A stretch of 25,019 nt of DNA. It comes from an uncultured Gammaproteobacteria bacterium. GTDB taxonomy: Bacteria; Patescibacteriota; Patescibacteriia; 2-01-FULL-39-33. The notes below the pieces were generated by a model. That model was given only the letters and a program-made list of their open reading frames with translations. It did not search any database and was not told where the DNA came from. The stretch is taken from positions 1 to 25,019 of the forward strand of contig CAYIIA010000001.1 in assembly GCA_964363385.1 (NCBI GenBank), written 5' to 3'. The position numbers and the translations under genes were made by a program. This document shows, piece by piece, positions 1-6,668 of this stretch (the first letter of the stretch is position 1; every line of letters starts with the position of its first letter).

Positions 1-2
1 GT

Positions 3-347
3 TATATTCCTTCCAATGAAAAATTATATTGTTTTCTCAGGGATTGCGGTTATATCCTGATTTTTAAAAAAGTCTCCTTTCTGCCCGGAGGATCAATTAA
101 AGGTAATATAGATGTCGAGCTGACACTTTTAGCAATAATTAATTATTCGATTTATGACAAAGCAATTATTGTTACCGGTGACGGCGATTTTTATTGTTTA
201 ATCGAGTATTTAAAGAATAATAATAAACTTCTTAAGTTAATGGTCCCAAATCGATCAAAATATTCCCTATTTTTCAATGATTTTAAAGACAGTTTGGTTT
301 TTATCGGTGATTTTAGAAAAAAATTGGAAAATCAAAAGCCCCTTTAA
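3..347 (+). CDS. NYN/LabA-DUF88 (PIN-like) domain protein, 5'-truncated by the window edge
   Basis: Frame 3 is open from the window start to TAA 345-347 and reads ...IKGNIDVELTLLAI...KAIIVTGDGDFYCLIEYL...; the KGNxD and (S/T)GDGDF motifs are typical of NYN domains. Not in the supplied ORF track. Confidence 0.85.
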   Translation, partial: YIPSNEKLYCFLRDCGYILIFKKVSFLPGGSIKGNIDVELTLLAIINYSIYDKAIIVTGDGDFYCLIEYLKNNNKLLKLMVPNRSKYSLFFNDFKDSLVFIGDFRKKLENQKPL

Positions 348-417
348 TAAAAGGGGCTTTGTGATGGGAGAGCTAACTGTCGGACCAACCCTAAGTGTCA
401 CTCTCTCTCGGTGATCT
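327..417 (-). ncRNA. Candidate ~90-nt small RNA convergent with, and overlapping, the NYN 3' end
   Basis: Consensus promoter at 424-451 on the minus strand, no credible ORF, and it ends in the 334-360 hairpin plus U-tract. Confidence 0.5.
334..360. terminator. Bidirectional intrinsic terminator hairpin at the 3' end of the NYN gene
   Basis: AAAGCCCCTT-TAATA-AAGGGGCTTT inverted repeat; the minus strand continues TTTTGATTTT. Confidence 0.75.
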
Positions 418-423
418 GATTTG

Positions 424-451
424 ATTATATCAATCTTAATAGGTTTGTCAA
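424..451 (-). promoter_or_regulatory. Sigma70-type promoter TTGACA-16-TATAAT with extended -10 (TGn)
   Basis: The minus strand reads TTGACA aacctattaagattga TATAAT. Confidence 0.75.
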
Positions 452-469
452 GCAACCAACCACGATTCC

Positions 470-690
470 TTAAAAAATCAGATATTGTCCGGGAGGGCGC
501 CAATTTTTCCATCCAGCGCTTTTTAAAGCGTCCGCAGTAAAAGGCTTTCTGACTTTCGGACTAGCCTGATTCTTATCAAACTGAATTATTTTATTGAAGC
601 CGCATCTTACAGAGCGGTTCTCTGCGGCTTAACCCCCCGAAGTCTCCGAGGGAACACCGCAGCGCTCCATAAACTGTTATTGCATGCTTC
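470..690 (-). ncRNA. Candidate structured non-coding transcript of unknown class (multibranch fold)
   Basis: Promoter at 697-725. A 15-bp closing helix (669-655 with 539-524) encloses three hairpins. No start-codon-led ORF. The 3' end is uncertain. Confidence 0.4.
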
Positions 691-696
691 ACTTAC

Positions 697-725
697 ATAA
701 TAACCTCTCCATAAAAGATTGTCAA
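697..725 (-). promoter_or_regulatory. Sigma70-type promoter TTGACA-17-TATTAT, back-to-back with the RNHCP gene promoter
   Basis: Minus strand: TTGACA atcttttatggagaggt TATTAT. Plus strand: TTGTCA(719-724)-17-TATTCT(742-747). Confidence 0.65.
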
Positions 726-757
726 AGGAGAAAAATAGTGGTATTCTAAAGGAAAAT

Positions 758-1084
758 ATGCCTAAGAAATTCAGCAAAAAAGAAGAGGATTTTGTCTGTG
801 AGCACTGCGGTTTTGAAGTGAAAGGAACCGGGTACACCAACCATTGCCCCAAGTGCCTTTGGTCCAAGCATGTGGATGTTAATCCTGGAGACCGTTTGGA
901 GCCTTGCGGCGGGATGATGAAGCCGGTGGATTTGTATTTAAAAAAACAAGACTGGGTTCTGGTCCATGAGTGCGAGAGTTGCAGTTTAGTCAGGAAAAAT
1001 AGACTGGACGAACAGGACGACTTCAATGAAGTTTTGAGATTGGAAAAGAAGATTAATGAGGGGAAGGTTAAGGGGATGAGATAA
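758..1084 (+). CDS. RNHCP domain Zn-ribbon protein (108 aa)
   Basis: FVCEHCG...YTNHCPKCLWSKHVD..PGDR...CGGMM...HECESC. ATG 758 is preferred over the TTG start at 719 because of the promoter position. Confidence 0.85.
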   Translation: MPKKFSKKEEDFVCEHCGFEVKGTGYTNHCPKCLWSKHVDVNPGDRLEPCGGMMKPVDLYLKKQDWVLVHECESCSLVRKNRLDEQDDFNEVLRLEKKINEGKVKGMR

Positions 1085-1097
1085 TTGTTAAAATAAT

Positions 1098-1292
1098 ATG
1101 ACTCCCAAAGTAAATTTCCATTATTCCGGCGTCTATGACCGCAATTGCCGGGAATGGATGAAAATTCATCCGCGTTGGGCGAGAAAAGAATATTCTTCCG
1201 AAAAAGAAGTTTTGTCGTATTTTAAAAAAGTGGAAAAGATTTGGCGGAAGAATGAAAATCGTATTTTAAAGGAACTTTCCAACACTGAATAA
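1098..1292 (+). pseudogene. 64-aa N-terminal fragment of a hypothetical protein, probably truncated by the downstream AT-rich cassette
   Basis: KVEKIWRKNENRILKELS loosely resembles YQRRWKRVERDFFILLS in the 8016-8786 protein. The ORF stops abruptly where composition becomes more AT-rich. Confidence 0.45.
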
Positions 1293-1310
1293 ATAAATCC
1301 AATTAAGTCC

Positions 1311-3119
1311 ATGAATAGAGTCAAAGAAATAAGGAATGTTTTTAAGGGCGTAAAAAGTGGCAATTTTCAAATTTTGTCAATGCGTATTTTTTCTGAAGAA
1401 AATTTGGCAATTCTTTCGGTTTATATAAACAATATTAAAGATAGGTCGTTGTTGGTGGACAATTTAATTAGTGGTTTATCTAGTTGTGACAGAAATTATG
1501 ATTGGAATGTGGGAAGTATTTTACAACATTTGGATGTTGATTTAATAATTTCTTCTTTGCAGAAAATTAAATTATCCGCTTTGTATAATTCTATCGGTTT
1601 AGTCTGGGTATTGGGCGAATTTAAAAATATAAACCCGGTCATAATTGATTTTTTATATGCCGTTATTAATAATGCGGAGGAATCGGATGCGTGGTGGAGA
1701 GCAGCTTTTTCTTTGGAAAAATTGGGCATTGATGAAGCGGTAAATTTACTAAAAATGTCTTTAAAGCATAAAAAAATAAAAAACCTTGATTTTTACTTAA
1801 AAAGAATGAATGACAAAAGGTCTATTATCAACATTTTAATACTTAGTAATATAGATAATATAGAAAAAAGCATATATCCGAAAATCAAAGAGATATTTTT
1901 AAAAACAAATAATTGCGAAACCATAATAAATTGTTGTTGGCTGATAGGAAGGTTAAAATTAATTGATGACGAAATTTATAAAAAATTGTTATTATTGATT
2001 AATCATAATAATTACGAATTAAAGTATTATACTTTTTTTGCCTTGCAAAATAATGCGACAGAAAATTTAAGGCCAATCATGGAAAAATCCCTTTTTGATA
2101 AAGATCCTTTGATTAGAAAGATGGCCGCTAGGGGTTTATTTAGTATTGGCAATGAAAACTCTCTTAATATTTTGGAAGATGCCCTATACAAAGAAGAAGA
2201 ACAATCCGTTGTTTCCGAAATCAGTAAAGCGATTTATTTTTTAAAAAATCCCTTAGATAGGAGTTTATCGTTAATAGAAATAAAATCATGTAAAAGTGAA
2301 AATGGCATGATTTCTGATGAAAGCGACAAATGGTATAGCGATCCGGCCATATACAATATATTTTCAGAAGCGGAAGATCCTGAAAATATCTGTTTTAGTT
2401 TGATTAGCAAAAAGATCAAACATAAAAAAATATCTAATCCAATAGATTTGGCGACGGGAACGGGGAGAATGATGTGGCAGATTATCGATAATATAGAGTT
2501 TGATGGCAATCTTTATGGTGTGGATTCAAGCAAAAACATGTGCGAATATATCAGTAAGCGGATTAAGAGAGAAAGAAAGTATACTAGCAATGTAAAAGTG
2601 ATAACATCTTCAATAAATAAATTATCTAAGAAAATTTCAGTTAAGTCTGATTTCATAATAAGCTCTTTCGGTTTTCCGAGTAAAATTAGCGATTATTCTT
2701 TGTGTATTCAAGAATTAAGATCGGTTTATTCACTATTATCCAATGATGGAATTTTTTTAACGATCGGTTGGGATGAGACTTTTAATGATGAATTGAGTAA
2801 AATGTGGTTTAAATATATACCAGATAAGATTTATGCCTCTAATTTTGAAGAATGGAGAAAAAAAAGAATGGAATTAATTAATTCTCCTCGCAATTGCGGC
2901 TTGAGCTGGTTTAAGAAAGGAATCAGTGCTCCTTTGCAATTTTCTTCTTTGAAGGAATCGGCGCATGTTATGGGATATCTTTTTGGTCGAGATGCCGCTC
3001 AATATGTGGTAAAAAGCGGAAAAATTGAATGGATTATGTCGATGGGCATAACATTAAATACAAAATCGGATTTGAAAAAAATATTAAAAAAACATGAAGG
3101 AAATAGAAATTTTAGTTAA
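1311..3119 (+). CDS. HEAT/PBS-lyase-like repeat protein fused to a C-terminal class I SAM-dependent methyltransferase (602 aa)
   Basis: Helical repeats WRAAFSLEKLG, CCWLIGRL and DPLIRKMAARGLFSIG; MTase motif I IDLATGTG, then YGVDSS; visibly AT-rich. Confidence 0.7.
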   Translation: MNRVKEIRNVFKGVKSGNFQILSMRIFSEENLAILSVYINNIKDRSLLVDNLISGLSSCDRNYDWNVGSILQHLDVDLIISSLQKIKLSALYNSIGLVWVLGEFKNINPVIIDFLYAVINNAEESDAWWRAAFSLEKLGIDEAVNLLKMSLKHKKIKNLDFYLKRMNDKRSIINILILSNIDNIEKSIYPKIKEIFLKTNNCETIINCCWLIGRLKLIDDEIYKKLLLLINHNNYELKYYTFFALQNNATENLRPIMEKSLFDKDPLIRKMAARGLFSIGNENSLNILEDALYKEEEQSVVSEISKAIYFLKNPLDRSLSLIEIKSCKSENGMISDESDKWYSDPAIYNIFSEAEDPENICFSLISKKIKHKKISNPIDLATGTGRMMWQIIDNIEFDGNLYGVDSSKNMCEYISKRIKRERKYTSNVKVITSSINKLSKKISVKSDFIISSFGFPSKISDYSLCIQELRSVYSLLSNDGIFLTIGWDETFNDELSKMWFKYIPDKIYASNFEEWRKKRMELINSPRNCGLSWFKKGISAPLQFSSLKESAHVMGYLFGRDAAQYVVKSGKIEWIMSMGITLNTKSDLKKILKKHEGNRNFS

Positions 3120-3663
3120 GGTTTTGGACAATAAACAAAAAGCTTTGTCAGTTTTAGATTCTTACAAAAAGGTTGGAATTAAAAAAATCACGGACACCTA
3201 TTTTTTTAATTCTGAACGCAACGAACTGCAACCGGATCAATCGGGGCGGCTTACCAGGTGTTTAAGATTGAGAAAAAAAGAAAATAAGAATTTTTTAGCT
3301 TATAAAATAGATTATTTTAATGAAAAGGGCGTTTGGCTGTATTCTGATGAACACGAAACCGAAGTTGCCGATTTTGAAACCATGATGGTTATTTTACGCC
3401 ATTTAGGATTAGAGATTCTAGTGGAAATAAAAAATAAGAAGCATATTTACCTGACGGATAAATATGAGATTGTCTTAGAAGAAGTGGAAAATCTCGGATT
3501 GTTTTTAGAAGTGGAATGTCTTGGCCAGGTTGAAGATGATAAAGTTTTAGATGTTAAAAATGAAATTTGGAAATTCATTAAATCTTTAAAAATGGTTACG
3601 GAAGAAGAGTCGAACGCCGGCAAACCGGAATTGATGATAAGAAAAGGATTGGGGAAGTTTTAA
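3094..3663 (+). CDS. CYTH (class IV adenylate cyclase/thiamine triphosphatase-like) domain protein
   Basis: MKEIEI..., DTYF, LRLRKK, EHETEV, IVLEEVENLGLFLEVE. Overlaps the upstream gene by 26 nt. Confidence 0.85.
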   Translation: MKEIEILVKVLDNKQKALSVLDSYKKVGIKKITDTYFFNSERNELQPDQSGRLTRCLRLRKKENKNFLAYKIDYFNEKGVWLYSDEHETEVADFETMMVILRHLGLEILVEIKNKKHIYLTDKYEIVLEEVENLGLFLEVECLGQVEDDKVLDVKNEIWKFIKSLKMVTEEESNAGKPELMIRKGLGKF

Positions 3664-3825
3664 GTTTTATTGATCCGGAAATTCGGGAAAGTGAAGTTTT
3701 AAAGACTGATAAAATCCCTTGAACCGAAACCTAATTTAACGGAAAAGATTTTCTCTGAGAGGTTTTGCAAGAAGTATGGTTTTAGATTTAATAAGAGTGT
3801 TTTGGCTAGGATTATTAAATAATAG
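3664..3825 (+). pseudogene. 3' relic (last ~52 codons) of a paralogue of the 5402-6025 peptidase
   Basis: Reads VLLIRKFGKVKF*RLIKSLEPKPNLTEKIFSERFCKKYGF... versus DLLIEKFGKAKFLRLIKSLEPKPNLTENIFSARFCKIYGF. By manual count 127/162 nt are identical to 5867-6028. In-frame TAA at 3700. Confidence 0.85.
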
Positions 3826-3842
3826 AAAAATAAGCGGATTTT

Positions 3843-3899
3843 AAAAAAAATAACGGCCGGCCTTCTCCCTCACGCGTGTCGTGAAAGAGAAGGCCGGCC
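3843..3899 (-). terminator. Intrinsic terminator of the FadL-like gene
   Basis: 13-bp stem GGCCGGCCTTCTC/GAGAAGGCCGGCC with an inner TCACG/CGTGA stem, then a U8 tract on the minus strand. Confidence 0.8.
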
Positions 3900-3906
3900 T
3901 TTGCCG

Positions 3907-5073
3907 TTAGAATTTCCAATCGGCTCCGAAGCCAATCGTTACTGTCTTAGCCTTGAACTCGTTGCCCCGGCTGTCTTGCATGTCACCCCAGCCGTAGATG
4001 ACGTGAGTGTTGAGAGTCCAGTCGTCGTTCACTTTCTGGTGGAAACCGAGAGCCACATCCCAACCCGTGACGTCCGGCGTGAGTTGGCTTACAGTGCCCT
4101 CCGGTACGGCCGCATTCTGGTAGCCTATGCCTCCGCTTAGCCAGAGGTTTTCCTGAATCTCCTTGCGGAAACCGACATGGACACTGTAGTTGTCCCGCCA
4201 GTCCAGCAATTTGCCCTTGGTAAGCGGCAGATCATGGAAACTTAGTTTGACATCGTCCACGGTCTGGCTGTAGCCGTACCAATGAAGGGAGGCTGCCAGA
4301 AGCAATTTTTTGTTCGCTTGGCAAGACACGCTTAGACTAGTCATGTCCGGGAATGTGAACGAACTATAGAAGCCGTCCTTGAGAGACAACAGACCAAGAG
4401 GACCCGAGATCTTTGTGTTGCCTTCCAGATGCGCTTTTAATTCGCTCATGTATGACAGGCCGAGGGTCAACTTCTCTGTCTGCCACATCACTCCAACGTT
4501 TGCTCCCAGTCCTAAGCCCGTCGCTTCGCTGTCCGTGAGGATTGGGAGATATACGTTCTTAATGTCGAAGGGAGCCAGATACTTGAATTGGCACCACCCG
4601 ACATTCAATCCCGCGCCCACAGACAGATGGTCTGTCAGTCGCAGCGAGATCGCCGGCGTGATGTTCGTCAGCGAGATCAGGGTTTCGCTTTTGAAGAATC
4701 CTTTGGACCAGTCCGCATCAAAGGCAGCGCCCATTCCGTAAGGTGTCATAATCCCGATGCCCCAAACCGCATCTTTGTTTATGGACTTAGTCAGTCCAAG
4801 AAGAGGCATGGGGTAGACCATGTCATCCCGGGATCCATGCGTACCCAACCGATTTTTAATCTTGAATTTCGGTTGGATCGCCTGGACACCGAAATCCAGA
4901 GAATCTTCCAAATTAATGATCCCGGCCGGGTTATCCCTAAATAGAATCATATCGTCCGCATAGGCTCCGCTCATACCGCCATGACGGCTGCCAATACCGC
5001 CCACCGGATTGAGACCGCCAGCCCAGGCCGGCAGAGTCATAACGAGTAGAATTGTAAAGAACAGTTTTCTCAT
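3907..5073 (-). CDS. FadL/OmpP1/TodX-family outer-membrane beta-barrel transporter (388 aa)
   Basis: Signal peptide MRKLFFTILLVMTLPAWA; family N-terminal pattern GSRHGGMSGA...DNPAGI; YGMGAAF; amphipathic strands; C-terminal ...GFGADWKF beta-signal; GGAGG SD. Confidence 0.85.
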   Translation of the reverse strand: MRKLFFTILLVMTLPAWAGGLNPVGGIGSRHGGMSGAYADDMILFRDNPAGIINLEDSLDFGVQAIQPKFKIKNRLGTHGSRDDMVYPMPLLGLTKSINKDAVWGIGIMTPYGMGAAFDADWSKGFFKSETLISLTNITPAISLRLTDHLSVGAGLNVGWCQFKYLAPFDIKNVYLPILTDSEATGLGLGANVGVMWQTEKLTLGLSYMSELKAHLEGNTKISGPLGLLSLKDGFYSSFTFPDMTSLSVSCQANKKLLLAASLHWYGYSQTVDDVKLSFHDLPLTKGKLLDWRDNYSVHVGFRKEIQENLWLSGGIGYQNAAVPEGTVSQLTPDVTGWDVALGFHQKVNDDWTLNTHVIYGWGDMQDSRGNEFKAKTVTIGFGADWKF

Positions 5074-5141
5074 TTCCTTATCCTCCGTCCCTTTTAGGGA
5101 CTGTTTGTGTCAGCCAAAAACAACCTTTTCTGTTGCCATCA

Positions 5142-5201
5142 TTCTACCATATTTATCTAAATTAGTCAAGACTTGACAATTGTATTATATTAAGGTAATA
5201 T
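5142..5201. promoter_or_regulatory. Divergent sigma70 promoters: minus TTGACT-17-TAGAAT (porin) and plus TTGACA(5173-5178)-17-TAATAT(5196-5201) (RNA unit C)
   Basis: Both hexamer pairs have 17-nt spacers. Confidence 0.6.
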
Positions 5202-5206
5202 ACAGG

Positions 5207-5364
5207 TATTCATTTTATGTTTCCTTCATAAGTGGAGTAGCCCCCGGGGAAGAGGGCAAGTAGTCGTGAGGCACGCATTAGATGTACGACATCTCAATCC
5301 GTCGACCAAAGCGACATCCCCAAACAGCACCACCGACCGGGAACGCCCAGTCGGTCTTTTATTT
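5207..5364 (+). ncRNA. Candidate small RNA unit C (multi-hairpin, own promoter and terminator)
   Basis: Hairpins CTTCA/TGGAG, GCCC/GGGC, CGTG/CACG, AGATGT/ACATCT and GTCG/CGAC. Terminator ACCGAC.GGG/CCC.GTCGGT (5332-5355) plus U-rich tract. Shares TAGTCGTG-N3-CACG and AACAGC with units A and B. Confidence 0.5.
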
Positions 5365-5401
5365 AAAGCATAGCGATAAGCCTAAAACAATAATTAAGTT
5401 T

Positions 5402-6025
5402 ATGAAGCAATTTTTAACTGTTGGATTAGCAAAAAAAGATAAGAAATTTGAGAGTTTTTTGGAGGCAACAAAAAAAGAGTTGACCGCTTTTTTTAACTCA
5501 AGCGTTCCTGAACCTTTGATTTTTCTATTAGAGTCTCGGTTGGAATTGGATCTGATCTGGGGACAAAAAACCGAGAAGTGGGTTGTCGGAGGCACAAAGA
5601 ATGGATCTATCTTTATTTTAGATCCTAAGGTTTATACTCAGCAATCAAGCCATAAAGACAAGAATGATTTTTGGAAAACATTGAAACACGAGTATTGCCA
5701 TATATATTTCAGATACATCACTAAAGGTGTCAATCCTCTTTGGCTGCATGAAGGATTGGCCTCATATTTGGCTGATCAGAAGAAAATCTGTGATGATCCT
5801 TTGGATGTTTTTTCTTATTTTGATAAGCCAGGAAAAGGACTGTATAATGCCGGTTATTTCTGGGTTGATTTGTTGATTGAAAAATTCGGGAAAGCGAAGT
5901 TTTTAAGATTGATAAAATCCCTTGAACCGAAGCCTAATTTAACCGAAAATATCTTCTCCGCAAGATTTTGTAAGATATATGGCTTTAAATTCGATAAGAA
6001 TGCTCTTACTAAACTCATAAAGTAA
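5402..6025 (+). CDS. Peptidase MA-like HExxH metalloprotein (207 aa)
   Basis: LKHEYCHIY followed by WLHEGLASYLA (gluzincin-like). Start placed at ATG 5402, after the RNA C terminator. Confidence 0.75.
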   Translation: MKQFLTVGLAKKDKKFESFLEATKKELTAFFNSSVPEPLIFLLESRLELDLIWGQKTEKWVVGGTKNGSIFILDPKVYTQQSSHKDKNDFWKTLKHEYCHIYFRYITKGVNPLWLHEGLASYLADQKKICDDPLDVFSYFDKPGKGLYNAGYFWVDLLIEKFGKAKFLRLIKSLEPKPNLTENIFSARFCKIYGFKFDKNALTKLIK

Positions 6026-6028
6026 TAG

Positions 6029-6070
6029 AAAAAACGGGTCAAAATATTTGTGTATATTGCCCGTTTTTTG
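6029..6070. terminator. Intrinsic terminator after the peptidase gene
   Basis: AAAAAACGGG...CCCGTTTTTT inverted repeat. Confidence 0.7.
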
Positions 6071-6075
6071 TTGTT

Positions 6076-6281
6076 TTGACAGAGGTTTCCACATCCTCTA
6101 TAATGAAGTTAGTAAGGAGCAGTCGTGCTTCTTACAGTCCGCAAGGTACACCTCGTAGGAGGTAGTCGTGATACACGGCGAACAGCTAATTTGACTTTAC
6201 GCACCGGTAGTTCCACTATCCTAGTCAGATAAGTTTGTCGCCGTGCCTTTTTTTGTTTAAATTTACCGGTGTGTGTTGACA
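6076..6281 (+). repeat. Module copy A: promoter P1 - structured RNA - terminator - promoter P2 (dispersed repeat of 9985-10181)
   Basis: TTGACA(6076)-17-TATAAT(6099). The first ~120 nt are nearly identical to copy B. Second TTGACA at 6276. Confidence 0.9.
6111..6254 (+). ncRNA. Candidate small RNA unit A (~145 nt)
   Basis: Stems GTAAGGAGCA/TGCTTCTTAC, CC-GCAA-GG, ACCTC/GAGGT, CGTG/CACG, ATTTGACT/AGTCAGAT and CACGGCGA/TCGCCGTG, then U7. Covaries with copy B. Confidence 0.7.
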
Positions 6282-6445
6282 AAGTTTGGTATTAGTGGTA
6301 ATTTAAAATCACAGTCCTTTACAATAGATTAAAAGCCCTATTTATATTGTCGTTTGACAGGGTTAATAGTATTAAATGAAGATCTATGGTGGATTTTCAA
6401 CCCAAAGAATGGCAGGAGAATATAGGCAAGAAAGGAGGAAAAGCC

Positions 6446-6595
6446 ATGAAGCGTGACTGGAGCAAGTTTCAGCCCAAGGCGATCGTCGCTTCGTCAAAGA
6501 AGCCGAGTTATGCCAATATGGGACGCCCTTGTTGCGGCGGTTCGTGCATCGGCGGCAACTGCAAAGCCGTTCCGAAAATCGGCGGTATGTTCTGA
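6446..6595 (+). CDS. Putative RiPP precursor peptide (49 aa) with Cys/Gly-rich core CCGGSCIGGNC
   Basis: AAGGAGG SD 7 nt before the ATG; lies directly upstream of an RRE-rSAM/SPASM gene. An in-frame upstream ATG at 6386 would give 69 aa. Confidence 0.75.
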   Translation: MKRDWSKFQPKAIVASSKKPSYANMGRPCCGGSCIGGNCKAVPKIGGMF

Positions 6596-6609
6596 TCGGC
6601 GAACTTCGT

Positions 6610-6650
6610 TGGGTTCCACGGCGCAAGCGCTTTGGAACCCATATTTTTTT
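6610..6650 (+). terminator. Terminator-like hairpin between precursor and maturase
   Basis: TGGGTTCCA/TGGAACCCA 9-bp stem with an inner GCG/CGC stem, then a U7 tract. Confidence 0.7.
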
Positions 6651-6668
6651 AGAAAGGAGGCGAAAAGA

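Noticed and set aside
267-512. 81-aa minus-strand ORF
   Set aside because: It runs through a promoter, a terminator and antisense to the NYN gene, with no SD or motif.
470-690. tmRNA, 6S RNA, group I intron or c-di-AMP/glmS riboswitch
   Set aside because: There is no tRNA-like acceptor or T-arm and no tag ORF ending in an ALAA-like stop. Only short, out-of-order resemblances to 6S, intron P7 or riboswitch consensus words were seen.
607-1026. 139-aa minus-strand ORF, and the many other antisense or alternate-frame ORFs over thrS, argS, ileS, murE, rpoB, the porin, the kinase and the methyltransferase
   Set aside because: They are shadows of well-supported genes on the other strand or frame and have no recognisable motifs.
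5152-5163. TTTATCTAAATT shared between the porin promoter and the 23704-23725 palindrome
   Set aside because: A 12-bp AT-rich word in AT-rich DNA, and only half of the palindrome is present.
5282-5401. N-terminal extension of the peptidase ORF
   Set aside because: It crosses the RNA C hairpins and terminator. ATG 5402 is more plausible.
6453-6668. N-terminal 72 aa of the 499-aa rSAM ORF in the track
   Set aside because: It overlaps the precursor in another frame and crosses a terminator hairpin. The strong SD points to ATG 6669.
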